From NCBI GenBank assembly GCA_963676395.1, contig OY781066.1, positions 32,001 to 96,000 of the forward strand: a stretch of DNA of 64,000 bases, in the 5' to 3' direction. The DNA comes from a bacterium (GTDB taxonomy: Bacteria; Fidelibacterota; Fidelibacteria; Fidelibacterales; Fidelibacteraceae). The translations under genes were made by a program, and so were the position numbers. Below, one piece after another: positions 10,133 through 20,359 of this stretch (positions are counted from its first letter, which is position 1; each line of letters begins with the position of its first letter). The notes beneath the pieces were generated by a model that saw only the letters and a list, made by a program, of their open reading frames with translations, did no database searches and was not told where the DNA came from.

Positions 10133-10169
10133 AAGAAAAGGGCAAAGTAATTTTTGCCTTTTTCTTTTT
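10133..10169 (+). terminator. Intrinsic terminator-like hairpin between argG and argH
   Basis: AAGAAAAGGGCAAA...TTTGCCTTTTTCTT followed by Ts. Confidence 0.6.
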
Positions 10170-10205
10170 AGAATGGTACTTTTACCATCATACAAAGGAG
10201 CTATC

Positions 10206-11546
10206 ATGGCCAAGAAACTCTGGGGCGGTCGTTTTACAAAACCAATAGACCCTAAATTCGAAACATTTTCACAATCCATACAATATGATGCCGTCTTGGC
10301 AGAATATGATGTTTTACATTCAATTCTACATGTTAAAGCCTTAAATAAAGCTGACTTGCTTACAAACGATGAAACCGAATCCTTATTAACTGCTCTATAC
10401 GAATTAATTAAGGAAGTCAAAAATGGAGACTTTTCACCCAATGCAGATGAAGAAGATATACATTCTGCCGTTCAGAACATTCTTGAAGAACGTATTGGTA
10501 AATTAGCATTAAAATTACACACTCTAAGATCAAGAAATGATCAAATAGCATTCGATGTAAAAGCCTATTCATTTTCTTCAGCTTTAAATCTTTGGGATTC
10601 TTTAAGTAAGTTAGTTAAAGCTTATTTGCAACTTGCCGAAAAAACGAAAAACGAACCATTTATTGGATATACACATACTCAAAGAGCTCAAATCATTCTT
10701 TTTTCGGATTATTGTCGCGCATACGCTTCAATGTTTGATCGGGATCGTGAACGACTGGAAGATTACCTAAAGCATACTAAAGTAAGAATAGGCGCAGGAG
10801 CTCTTGCGGGATCTTCAATTCCACATGAAGCCTATACAGAGGCCATTAAAGATGAAGATCCGAAGGATAGTCTTCGTATGCGCGTAGTAGAGAATTCACT
10901 TGAACATGTCGCAGACCGTGATTTTGCTATTGAATTATTATCCCATGCATCACTTATTCAAATGCATTTATCTCGTTTTGCAGAAGATATGGTATTATAT
11001 ACGACCGCAGAATTCGATTATATTGATCTTCCTGAAGAATTTTGTACAGGTTCATCTCTAATGCCGCATAAAAAGAACGCAGATCTAATGGAGCTTGTTA
11101 GAGGTCATAGCGGCAGTGTTATAGGCAACCTCATGGCTTTGCACGTTACCATGAAAGGCTTGCCCCTAACGTACAATCGTGATATGCAGTTGGATAAAGA
11201 ACCATTATTTAGATCTGTTAATATTTTAATGGACGAACTGGATATGCTGGCAAGAATGGTACCTGGAATAGAGTTAAAAGGGAAAAAGATCGCTAAGGCT
11301 CTGGAAGATGAACACCTATATGGTGTTGAAATCGCGGAATATCTTGTAGGACAAGGTGTTGCATTTAAAAAAGCTCATGATATCGTTGGGAAACTTGTGC
11401 GATATTCCGAAGATAATCTTGTGATGATCAAAAGTATTGATGATACAGTACTTAAGGGTTTTCATCCTTCACTGAGCCAAAAGGAATTAGCTGCAATTAT
11501 GACACCCGATTATGCCGTTAAACAAAAGCGATCGATAAAAAGATAG
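10206..11546 (+). CDS. argH: Argininosuccinate lyase
   Basis: KLWGGRF, RSRNDQ, GSSLMPHKKN, YNRDMQ. Confidence 0.96.
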   Translation: MAKKLWGGRFTKPIDPKFETFSQSIQYDAVLAEYDVLHSILHVKALNKADLLTNDETESLLTALYELIKEVKNGDFSPNADEEDIHSAVQNILEERIGKLALKLHTLRSRNDQIAFDVKAYSFSSALNLWDSLSKLVKAYLQLAEKTKNEPFIGYTHTQRAQIILFSDYCRAYASMFDRDRERLEDYLKHTKVRIGAGALAGSSIPHEAYTEAIKDEDPKDSLRMRVVENSLEHVADRDFAIELLSHASLIQMHLSRFAEDMVLYTTAEFDYIDLPEEFCTGSSLMPHKKNADLMELVRGHSGSVIGNLMALHVTMKGLPLTYNRDMQLDKEPLFRSVNILMDELDMLARMVPGIELKGKKIAKALEDEHLYGVEIAEYLVGQGVAFKKAHDIVGKLVRYSEDNLVMIKSIDDTVLKGFHPSLSQKELAAIMTPDYAVKQKRSIKR

Positions 11547-11595
11547 CAATAGCAAAGAACCGCAGCAGCGCTACGGTTAAAATATATCAAATCAC

Positions 11596-11622
11596 AAGGC
11601 CACTGCATTGTAGTGGCTTTTT
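11596..11622. terminator. Terminator between convergent genes
   Basis: AAGGCCACTGCA-T-TGTAGTGGCTTTTT. Confidence 0.65.
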
Positions 11623-11628
11623 ATTTAG

Positions 11629-12432
11629 CTATCGATTCCCTAGAAACTCCAGTAATTCTCGATTTATTCCATCTTCAACCTTTGCATTGTATTCATCAAC
11701 TGACAATTCGGCATTCTGAATATTTCCTCTATGGTAACGTTGCCAAGGCCACATTAAAACAAGTAATGCCGAGTAATAATCTTTTTGAATTAAATCATAA
11801 ACAAACCATCCACCCCAGAAAGCTGCAATACCTACAGCTCCTATAGCTCCTTTGGCATTTTTTGCGTAGATTTGTCCAGAACCCGGTATAAATGTAGACA
11901 TCCATTTAGCCTTATCGCGATTTTTACGTTTCTTAGCGTCTGCTAAAATACTATCGAGTGTCTTTTCTATTCCAGGCGTCAACTCCCCGTTTAATGTTAA
12001 ACTTTCAATTAAATATTTTCTAGAATCGGTATATTTTCCTTTTAAAGCATTTAGTATTCCCAATAAATAAGCTGCTCGCATTCTTTGTGCTATATCTTCA
12101 TTATAGAAATAAATTGAAATCAGTCCCGATTCTGCTTTATCAAAATCACTTTCAATCATATATATCCGGTATAGATTGAGCTTGATATCAGTTAAAACGG
12201 GTTCTTCAGCATTTACGATAGCATTTTCAAGAAAGACGCGCGCTTGTGCATATTTTCGTTGATTTAGATAGCTTTCGGCAAGCTTACTATCAATTTGAAC
12301 AAGAGCGGGAATGTTAAGAGCTTGTTCGGCTTCCATTCTTGCTCTATATAATTCGATCAGCTCATCTTGCGCAGAAACTAAAACAAATGAAAAGCACAGA
12401 ACTAGTAAAAATATTCGGAGTTTATATGTCAT
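11629..12432 (-). CDS. Exported TPR protein with C-terminal helical membrane domain (TM2/DUF5683-like)
   Basis: Signal peptide; TPR-like helices; 'AKWMSTFIPGSGQIYA' then hydrophobic helices and 'VDEYN'. Confidence 0.7.
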   Translation of the reverse strand: MTYKLRIFLLVLCFSFVLVSAQDELIELYRARMEAEQALNIPALVQIDSKLAESYLNQRKYAQARVFLENAIVNAEEPVLTDIKLNLYRIYMIESDFDKAESGLISIYFYNEDIAQRMRAAYLLGILNALKGKYTDSRKYLIESLTLNGELTPGIEKTLDSILADAKKRKNRDKAKWMSTFIPGSGQIYAKNAKGAIGAVGIAAFWGGWFVYDLIQKDYYSALLVLMWPWQRYHRGNIQNAELSVDEYNAKVEDGINRELLEFLGNR

Positions 12433-13181
12433 AATTTTTCAATGACCTTATATTTTTGGGTATCATTATATTCTTGAACTGCTTTAATAGAGCCATAGAT
12501 ATCCGAAAGATAAAACCAGGATGTTACAGCTGTCCATAACCACCCCTGAAAACTCTTTACACCGGTTTTATTGAAGTGATAATAGGCATTGTATGCGGGC
12601 GCTACAGTCATTGAGAAGGCTTGTAAGCCATCCCAGAACCTTCCTGCATACATTTTACCGCTTCCAGGTATAATAGCTGACATAGCGCCTCCAAGAAATG
12701 CCGAACGAGGTTTCAATTCTAGTCCCTCAAAAGATAAAGATACCAATTTATGACCTACTTCACTATCAAGTTCACGAGCAAAGGTTAGTGAGGTATCAAA
12801 TTTTCCTTCGTAAAAGTAAGTTTTGGCTATAAGATCTTTACTCCATGTCTCTTCTGGATAAAACCTTGAGGCTGTATATCTTATTTGCTTATATGCACCA
12901 ATATCTAAAAGAAGATTCATATAGTCTTTATAATGCTCTTTACTTACCTCTTTTTTGCTCAATAAATGTCGATAAGAGTCTGCGGCCAGACCGATTTTAC
13001 CAACATCTTTATAGAGTCCGGCCAGTTTAGCTAGTATATTGGGGTTTTCCCCCTGACTCTCTAAGGATTTTTCAAATAAGTCAATGGCTAAATCCTTATC
13101 AAATTGCGAAATATAATCTGCTAAAGGGTCTGCAATGAGGATGGAAAGCATACTTAAAATGATCATGATGGCTTTTTTCAT
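12429..13181 (-). CDS. Exported TPR protein with C-terminal helical membrane domain, paralog of the adjacent gene
   Basis: Signal peptide; TPR-like helices; 'MSAIIPGSGKMYAG' then hydrophobic helices and 'VQEYN'. Confidence 0.7.
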   Translation of the reverse strand: MKKAIMIILSMLSILIADPLADYISQFDKDLAIDLFEKSLESQGENPNILAKLAGLYKDVGKIGLAADSYRHLLSKKEVSKEHYKDYMNLLLDIGAYKQIRYTASRFYPEETWSKDLIAKTYFYEGKFDTSLTFARELDSEVGHKLVSLSFEGLELKPRSAFLGGAMSAIIPGSGKMYAGRFWDGLQAFSMTVAPAYNAYYHFNKTGVKSFQGWLWTAVTSWFYLSDIYGSIKAVQEYNDTQKYKVIEKL

Positions 13182-13243
13182 ATACTTACTTTCAGTTTGT
13201 CATATAAACGCAATGTTTTACATTTAATATTTTTGATAGTTTT

Positions 13244-13711
13244 TTACTTCTTTTTACCATTTACGACGGTTTGTCGTTTATTACTTTTCTTTAATGTATC
13301 CGGATAATTCTCGTTTAATTTCGTTATAGGATCTTTGGAATAATATATATGGTTTCCAGAGTAGCAACGCATTAACCTATCCCCGCTATTCAGTACAGCT
13401 TCGGGAAATGATTGATGCTTTAAACAAAGAAAAGCATATTCCGAACAAGAGGGGTGAAACGTACACATATCCATATCTTGAGGAGAAATATAATCTTTGT
13501 AAACATGAACGCCTTCCATTAAAACATTTGCGATAAAAGAGCGTTTCTCCTCGCCTTTTTCAAGTTTTGTTGTAATTTTTCTATTAGAAAACTTCTTTTC
13601 ATACTGCGCTGTCTCAAAAAAGTGATCAGAAATGAGCGCTGCGTCTGGCTCTGCCGATAAAAAGCCGGCCAAACATACAATTAATGACAGAATTTTATAA
13701 TTTGTATTCAT
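13244..13711 (-). CDS. YidD-like (membrane protein insertion efficiency factor/haemolytic domain) protein with N-terminal signal peptide
   Basis: 'YKDYISPQ...CTFHPSCSEYA...DRLMRC' three-Cys YidD signature; hydrophobic N-terminus ending FLSA. Confidence 0.8.
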   Translation of the reverse strand: MNTNYKILSLIVCLAGFLSAEPDAALISDHFFETAQYEKKFSNRKITTKLEKGEEKRSFIANVLMEGVHVYKDYISPQDMDMCTFHPSCSEYAFLCLKHQSFPEAVLNSGDRLMRCYSGNHIYYSKDPITKLNENYPDTLKKSNKRQTVVNGKKK

Positions 13712-14375
13712 ATATCACGCAATCTTTAGGAATAGTGAATTTCGCTTTTACTGAATCGGGAATATCCTTTAAAATATATAAATCCTGAAAATTATAATGA
13801 CTTTTTCTCTCTTCCTCCATAATGATTAATTGCATGGGATAAGAGTAATTATTCAATTCTTGCCATTCCTTAAATTCTACAAGCTTCATTAGGTCATTAT
13901 TACTATTATAAGACATCGTTTTTAAAAGATGGTCTTTTGAATGGAAGGCTTCAATACGAAGATATTCCTGCTTTTTTTCACCTTTTAGCTCCCAAATCTT
14001 AACAAGAGTATCGGATTTTAAGTAATGTTCTTTTAACTCGAAACCTAAACCCGAAATTCCCATATCTTCTGAACCAGCATATAAAAACAGCTGCAAGGGT
14101 GCGGAGGCTAACACACCATCACGATTGTTCATAATCATAGCCATATTCTCTTGAGGATAAAAATAGATATATTCCTCAGGATTCATACGTACATTTTGCA
14201 CAATAGGATCACTAATCATTAAATACATGCCATATAAAGGATCGAAGAATACTTCTGCCATTTTGTTCGCTGTATTTTTTTGCGTTTCAATGTATTTTAC
14301 ATGAACACAGTTGTCTTTAGCAATTAGTATACTTGCTATGAATAAAAGTAATATGAGTGTTTTTTTATTTTTCAT
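13695..14375 (-). CDS. Exported protein, LolA-like (lipoprotein carrier/sorting fold) candidate
   Basis: Signal peptide, beta-rich pattern, 'YIYFYPQENMA', end 'IPDSV...FTIPKDCVI' typical of LolA-family termini. Confidence 0.5.
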   Translation of the reverse strand: MKNKKTLILLLFIASILIAKDNCVHVKYIETQKNTANKMAEVFFDPLYGMYLMISDPIVQNVRMNPEEYIYFYPQENMAMIMNNRDGVLASAPLQLFLYAGSEDMGISGLGFELKEHYLKSDTLVKIWELKGEKKQEYLRIEAFHSKDHLLKTMSYNSNNDLMKLVEFKEWQELNNYSYPMQLIIMEEERKSHYNFQDLYILKDIPDSVKAKFTIPKDCVIYEYKL

Positions 14376-14388
14376 AAAAATAATATAT

Positions 14389-14420
14389 AAAAAAGAATGT
14401 CCACTGAAAAGTGGACATTC
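14389..14420 (-). terminator. Intrinsic terminator after the small hydrophobic protein gene
   Basis: GAATGTCCAC-N6-GTGGACATTC followed by a T-tract on the minus strand. Confidence 0.75.
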
Positions 14421-14441
14421 AATTATTTTACATCAATATTA

Positions 14442-14804
14442 CTAGCCCAGCGTTGAAGCGCCTGCACCTGCAATCATAGAGTTAATGACCATACCAATGG
14501 CAGCCCACAAAACCTGATGCCAACGTTTTGCTTTAATGTAGGCGTCTGCATAGCCACGAGCATAATTAGGGTCCTGACCAATGATCATTTCAGTAGGGAC
14601 ATCACCAGGTACAAAGTAAGCCACAGCTGTACCAACGCAACCACAACCTAAACCGGCAAAAGCCCATAGCCAAGATGCATCCTGACGTCCGTCTCGTCTA
14701 CCATTAGCAAGACCAACATCATAAGATGATGCCGGGTTAAACTCAGCGCCAATAGCAAAAACAAGTGAAAGAACCAATAACACACTAACAACTTTTTTCA
14801 ACAT
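14442..14804 (-). CDS. Small exported Gly/Ala-rich protein with two hydrophobic helices
   Basis: Signal peptide (..VFA), helices WLWAFAGLGCGCVGTAVAYFV and VLWAAIGMVINSMIAG; strong AGGAG SD. Confidence 0.75.
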   Translation of the reverse strand: MLKKVVSVLLVLSLVFAIGAEFNPASSYDVGLANGRRDGRQDASWLWAFAGLGCGCVGTAVAYFVPGDVPTEMIIGQDPNYARGYADAYIKAKRWHQVLWAAIGMVINSMIAGAGASTLG

Positions 14805-15085
14805 TTCTTTCTCCTTTTAAATTACTCGTCTATTGTTAAATTTATCAATGAAATGCGTCATTCCAAAACGTTTTTTCTAATAATATGTAAATATATAATG
14901 TTCCCTATAATATCAAGAAATACAAAAACAATTAATATTTACCCAAATTTCTAAGAGTGATTTTAACTCTATTTGAGGATATACTTGATTTTAAACTCTC
15001 GATCATCAACTTTTAAGCTATATTTCTATGGAATTTAGCGAGGGATTTTATTATACTTCACGCTGAATAGGAACTAAGGAATAAT

Positions 15086-15874
15086 ATGAACATTCGAGTC
15101 TGCATCAAACAGGTTCCGGGCACCGCGGAAGTCGAGATCGACGAAAAAACTGGTGTATTAAAACGAGATGGTATCGATTCTAAAATGAATCCATATGATT
15201 TGTATGCAATTGAAACGGCTGTATGTATAAAAGAAAATCATGATGCGGAAGTATCTGTGATCACCATGGGGCCGCCTCAAGCTGAAGCCGTTATCAAAGA
15301 AGCCTATATGATGGGTGCCGATAAAGGTTGCTTGCTAACCGATAGAAAGTTCGCGGGCGCTGATGTTTTGGCAACTGCTTACGCTCTCTCCCAGGGTATT
15401 GCCCAAATGGGTCCATATGATTTGATCATTTGCGGTAAAATGACAACCGATGGTGATACCGCTCAAGTTGGCCCTGAGATTGCAGAATATTTGCAAATAC
15501 CTCATGTGGCAAATGTGAGAAAAATCCATGAAATACGTCAAGACGCGATCGTCGTTGAAATGAATATGGCAGAATCGGTTGAAATACAAGAGGTACAACT
15601 CCCCTGTCTTATTACAGTTGAAAAAGATATCTGTCAACCACGGTTACCATCCTTTAAGTTAAAATTAAAAACGTCAGATAGAAAGATCCCCCGAATTACA
15701 TTTAACGATCTGGAAGACAAAAATGAGATGCATTATGGTCTTAACGGTTCACCGACTCAGGTTCTGAAGATCTTTCCTCCTCCTGCAAACACTACAAATG
15801 AAACTTGGGAAGGAAGTTCCGAGGAACTTAGCAAGAAGTTAGCCGATAAATTACATGAACTGAAATACATATAG
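15086..15874 (+). CDS. etfB: Electron transfer flavoprotein beta subunit
   Basis: VCIKQVP, MNPYD, GADVLATA, DGDTAQVGP. Confidence 0.95.
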   Translation: MNIRVCIKQVPGTAEVEIDEKTGVLKRDGIDSKMNPYDLYAIETAVCIKENHDAEVSVITMGPPQAEAVIKEAYMMGADKGCLLTDRKFAGADVLATAYALSQGIAQMGPYDLIICGKMTTDGDTAQVGPEIAEYLQIPHVANVRKIHEIRQDAIVVEMNMAESVEIQEVQLPCLITVEKDICQPRLPSFKLKLKTSDRKIPRITFNDLEDKNEMHYGLNGSPTQVLKIFPPPANTTNETWEGSSEELSKKLADKLHELKYI

Positions 15875-15885
15875 GTTATAGTAGA

Positions 15886-17079
15886 ATGGCAAAGATCGTT
15901 GTACATCAAAATAAAATAGAAGATCGCGAAGCGGTAGTCGCAATATGCCCTTTTAAAGCGCTGGAATTCGATTCAAAAGATGAACTATTTCTTAATGCAG
16001 CCTGCAAAATGTGTAAAATCTGTGTTAAGCGTTTTCCCGAAATATTTGAATATGTTGAAGATAAGCTCCCATCGGTCAACAAAGATGATTGGAAGGGGGT
16101 TACCGTATACATAGATCATATTGAAGGGGATATCCACCCCGTATCGTTTGAGTTGATTGGCAAAGCGCGTGAAATGGCTGATAAAGTTGGCCATCCGGTT
16201 CAATGTTTGATCATGGGTGATAATATCACTAAAATTGCTGAAGAAGTTTTACATTATGGCGTTGATGAGGTATTTGTTTATGATAAACCTCAGCTCCATG
16301 ATTTTAGGATTGAACCGTATACAGCAGTTTTTGAAGATTTCATCAGTAAAAACAAGCCCAGCATCATTTTAGTGGGAGGAACAACGGTTGGACGTTCCTT
16401 AGCTCCACGTGTTGCTGCTCGTTTTAGAACCGGCCTAACAGCTGATTGTACCATTCTTGATGTGCAAGATAATACGGACCTTGATCAGATTCGTCCTGCG
16501 TATGGCGGTAATATCATGGCTCATATTTATACCCCTAATCATCGACCACAATTTGCGACGGTACGATACAAAATTTTTGATGCGCCAACACGTAATGACA
16601 ATAAAACAGGAAAGCTTACTGAATGTAAGATTTTAGATGAAAAACTTGAATCAAAGATCAAAGTGATTGAGGTCAAGAAGAAGGAAAAAGTTAAAAGTAT
16701 TGAAGACGCCGATGTTATTGTTGTTGCCGGACGTGCTTTCAAAAAAGAAGAAGATCTGAAAATAATCTACGAGCTTGCCGATGAACTGGGTGCTATGGTA
16801 GCCACCACTCGCCCGCTTATAGAAGCTGGTTGGATGGATGCTAGACTTCAGATTGGGCTAAGTGGTAGAACCGTTAAACCCAAACTGATCATCACCTGTG
16901 GTGTTTCCGGTGCTATCCAATTTGTTGCAGGCATGAACAATGCCGATATGATCATCTCAATTAATGAAGATCCAAATGCTCAGATTTTCGATGTCGCACA
17001 TTATGCCATCGTTGGCGATATTTATGAAATTCTGCCTCAACTTATTAGGCAAATCAAAGAAATGAAAAAAGCTCAATAG
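15886..17079 (+). CDS. etfA: Electron transfer flavoprotein alpha subunit with N-terminal Fe-S domain
   Basis: ICPF...[33 protein letters not shown]. Confidence 0.95.
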   Translation: MAKIVVHQNKIEDREAVVAICPFKALEFDSKDELFLNAACKMCKICVKRFPEIFEYVEDKLPSVNKDDWKGVTVYIDHIEGDIHPVSFELIGKAREMADKVGHPVQCLIMGDNITKIAEEVLHYGVDEVFVYDKPQLHDFRIEPYTAVFEDFISKNKPSIILVGGTTVGRSLAPRVAARFRTGLTADCTILDVQDNTDLDQIRPAYGGNIMAHIYTPNHRPQFATVRYKIFDAPTRNDNKTGKLTECKILDEKLESKIKVIEVKKKEKVKSIEDADVIVVAGRAFKKEEDLKIIYELADELGAMVATTRPLIEAGWMDARLQIGLSGRTVKPKLIITCGVSGAIQFVAGMNNADMIISINEDPNAQIFDVAHYAIVGDIYEILPQLIRQIKEMKKAQ

Positions 17080-17087
17080 GAGTTATT

Positions 17088-18482
17088 ATGCAATACACAC
17101 CTCTAAGTCCCAAAGATATTGAGAAATTAATAGATATTTGTGGTAAGGAAAACGTACTTACCGGAGATAGTATACATGAAGATTACAGTCGTGATGAGCT
17201 TGCTGGTATTCGTGAATACCCGGAAGTTGTTGTCCTGCCGACAACAACAATACAAGTATCTGAAGTGATGAAACTGGCAAATGAAGGTAATATTGCGGTA
17301 ACACCCCGAGGTCAAGGAACCGGTTTGGTTGGCGCTTCAATTGCCATTCATAAAGGTATAATGCTCTCTACTGAGCGAATGAATAATATTCTTGAGCTAG
17401 ATGAAGCAAATCTAACCCTCACTGTTGAACCGGGTGTCCTCTTGATGGAAATCTCTAAATATGTCGAAGAACATGATCTCTTTTATCCTCCCGATCCGGG
17501 CGAAAAATCTGCTTCTATCGGTGGCAATATTTCTACCAATGCAGGTGGTATGCGCGCTGTTAAGTACGGTGTAACAAGAGATTACGTACGTGAACTTGAG
17601 ATTGTATTGGCAAACGGTGAAATTCTCACTGTAGGCGGAAAAATCGTTAAAGATAGCTCAGGCTATAGTCTTAAAGATCTTATTGTTGGTTCGGAAGGCA
17701 CTTTAGCAGTCGTAACAAAAGCCGTTTTAAAATTATTGCCACTACCAAAAGTCGCTATTTCTCTCTTGGTACCCTACCCTAATATCGATGCCGCAATTTC
17801 GGCGGTACCGGTTATCATTAAATCAAAAGCCATCCCTACGGCTATAGAATATATGGAACGCAATGTTATCCTTTCTGCAGAGAATTATCTTGGCAAAAAA
17901 TTTCCGGATAACTCCGCCGATGCATATTTATTGCTAACTTTTGATGGAAATTCTAAAGAAGAAGTGGAAGCTATCTATGAAAAAGTTGCACATGTTTGCT
18001 TGGATACAGGTGCAATGGATGTATTTATTTCAGATACAGATGAACGGAATGATTCTATCTGGTCCGCTCGTGGTGCATTTTTAGAAGCTATCAAAGCATC
18101 TACAAGTGAAATGGACGAGTGTGATGTTGTTGTACCGCGCAATCATGTTGCGGACTTTATTAAATACACCAAAGTTGTTGAAAAAGAACAAGATGTCCGC
18201 ATCGCATCATTTGGTCATGCCGGTGATGGCAATTTACATGTTTATGTGTTAAAAGACGACATGACGGATGAAGAATTCGCAAAAAAACTCAATGTAGCTT
18301 TTGATCTACTATATAGTAAAGGTGATGAACTTGGCGGCCATGTTTCCGGTGAACATGGTATCGGTTTTGCTAAAAAAACCTACCTGGAACGTACGGCCGG
18401 TGAAGTTTATATGGGCTTACTCAAGAGTATAAAAAAATCATTTGATCCAAATTTAATTTTGAATCCCGGGAAAGTCTGTTAA
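17088..18482 (+). CDS. FAD-linked oxidase, D-lactate dehydrogenase/GlcD family (LctD-like)
   Basis: [41 protein letters not shown]. Confidence 0.88.
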   Translation: MQYTPLSPKDIEKLIDICGKENVLTGDSIHEDYSRDELAGIREYPEVVVLPTTTIQVSEVMKLANEGNIAVTPRGQGTGLVGASIAIHKGIMLSTERMNNILELDEANLTLTVEPGVLLMEISKYVEEHDLFYPPDPGEKSASIGGNISTNAGGMRAVKYGVTRDYVRELEIVLANGEILTVGGKIVKDSSGYSLKDLIVGSEGTLAVVTKAVLKLLPLPKVAISLLVPYPNIDAAISAVPVIIKSKAIPTAIEYMERNVILSAENYLGKKFPDNSADAYLLLTFDGNSKEEVEAIYEKVAHVCLDTGAMDVFISDTDERNDSIWSARGAFLEAIKASTSEMDECDVVVPRNHVADFIKYTKVVEKEQDVRIASFGHAGDGNLHVYVLKDDMTDEEFAKKLNVAFDLLYSKGDELGGHVSGEHGIGFAKKTYLERTAGEVYMGLLKSIKKSFDPNLILNPGKVC

Positions 18483-18678
18483 GAACGACAGGATAACATA
18501 GAATTTGGGTTGAAAGCTATTATAAAGATTAAATAACTCTAATTTATCCATAGTTTGACAAAACTATCAGAAACTTGATGATTTAATGATCAAAAGTCTT
18601 AATCAGCTACTTATCGATCCCAAAAATATTTTATCTAATAAAAGTGTGATATCCAGTGATACTAACATCACCTTATTT

Positions 18679-20217
18679 TTACTCATTCACTAATAATTCT
18701 TTTCTCTTATCATAATACTTAATTGTCATATCATGTTTTACATGAGCGTATTCATCGTCATCATATACATTATTCAGCTCATGCGGATCATTTTCAAGAT
18801 CGAATAATTCCCACACATTGATCTCATAATAATGTATTAATTTGTATTTTTTATTTCTAATACCATCATGCTTAGGTACATCGTGCCAGGCGGGATAAGC
18901 ATAATAATGATAATATACACTTTGTCGCCAATTTTCATCCTTTTCTTCAAATATTGACCTTAGTGATGAGCCTTGAACATCCTCTGGAATTTCCACACCG
19001 GCATAATCAAGAAAAGTAGGAGCAAAATCAAGGTTCATAACAAACTTATCTTCGACTCTGGCACCTTTAATCTTTTTAGGATAACGAATCAATAAGGGGC
19101 TTTTAAAAGACTCTTCATACATAAAACGCTTATCAAACCATCCATGTTCTCCTAAGTAAAAACCCTGATCCGATGTATATACTACAATAGTATTTTCATC
19201 CAAGTGATTTTTATCCAAATAATCTAGAACACGACCAATATTTTCATCAACAGCTACAATACAAGCCAAATAATCTTCCATGTATCGTTGGTATTTCCAT
19301 TCTTCCAATTCTTTACCGCTAAGATCTGAATTTCTAAATTCTTCATTTACTTTGTCATAATATGAATCAAAGACTTCTTTTTGTTCAGGTGTTAAGGCAT
19401 TATAAACGTTTTTCCAGCTGTTTGTCCCATCAAAATTTCTGCTCTTTCCACCTCCACTATAGGGTTCTCGCTCACCTTCTAAGAAATGGATTTTCATATC
19501 ATAACCCTGATACATATTTTTAACTTCCATATCCTGAGTACCGGCTGTTAATTCACGTGTTTTATAATCATCATAAAATGTTTCGGGTAAGACAAATTTT
19601 CTATCCTTAAACATACCGATATGCCTTGGAGCTGGCATCCAGTTCCTGTGCGGTGCTTTGTGATGGAATAATAGGCAAAAAGGTCTATCTTTATCTCGTT
19701 TATCAAGAAAATCAAGTGCTAAGTCGGTAATAATGTCTGTTGTATATCCCTCATATGTGACCGTATCGCCCTGTTCATAGAATACAGGATTGTAATACCT
19801 GCCTTGTCCTTTTAAAACCTTCCATAGGTCAAATCCTTGAGGTAATGATTTTAAATGCCATTTTCCTATGACAGCGGTTTGATATCCGACTTCTTGTAAT
19901 AATTTTGGAAATGTCATTTGATCGGGATTAAAAACATCGCGATTATCGCGTTTGCCATTAATATGGCTATATTTGCCTGTTAATAATACAGCTCTTGAAG
20001 GCGCACAAATTGAATTAGTAACATATGAGTTCTCGAAACGTATACCCTCATTAGCTAATCTGTCAATATTTGGTGTCATTACCAACGTACTGTCATATGA
20101 TGAAATAGCTCTTTCCGCATGATCATCGGACATAATGAAAATAATATTTGGTTGCGTTCGTTTCTGGCACGAGAATAACATTATAAGTGATATTGCCAGC
20201 AGGATTATCTTCTTCAT
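18679..20217 (-). CDS. Sulfatase (lipoprotein, formylglycine-dependent)
   Basis: Lipobox LFSC; PNIIFIMSDDH; CAPSRA; GKWH. Confidence 0.93.
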   Translation of the reverse strand: MKKIILLAISLIMLFSCQKRTQPNIIFIMSDDHAERAISSYDSTLVMTPNIDRLANEGIRFENSYVTNSICAPSRAVLLTGKYSHINGKRDNRDVFNPDQMTFPKLLQEVGYQTAVIGKWHLKSLPQGFDLWKVLKGQGRYYNPVFYEQGDTVTYEGYTTDIITDLALDFLDKRDKDRPFCLLFHHKAPHRNWMPAPRHIGMFKDRKFVLPETFYDDYKTRELTAGTQDMEVKNMYQGYDMKIHFLEGEREPYSGGGKSRNFDGTNSWKNVYNALTPEQKEVFDSYYDKVNEEFRNSDLSGKELEEWKYQRYMEDYLACIVAVDENIGRVLDYLDKNHLDENTIVVYTSDQGFYLGEHGWFDKRFMYEESFKSPLLIRYPKKIKGARVEDKFVMNLDFAPTFLDYAGVEIPEDVQGSSLRSIFEEKDENWRQSVYYHYYAYPAWHDVPKHDGIRNKKYKLIHYYEINVWELFDLENDPHELNNVYDDDEYAHVKHDMTIKYYDKRKELLVNE

Positions 20218-20359
20218 TTTAAACCTCGAATACTTATTTATATTTACTGCGTAATGTATGGATTATGAGCGAATTATACAACCTAAATGAAAGGCGCAAC
20301 AATGCTATGCTTATCAACTATTTATCGATTCAATGTCTCGAATCGATACCCTTTGCTCA

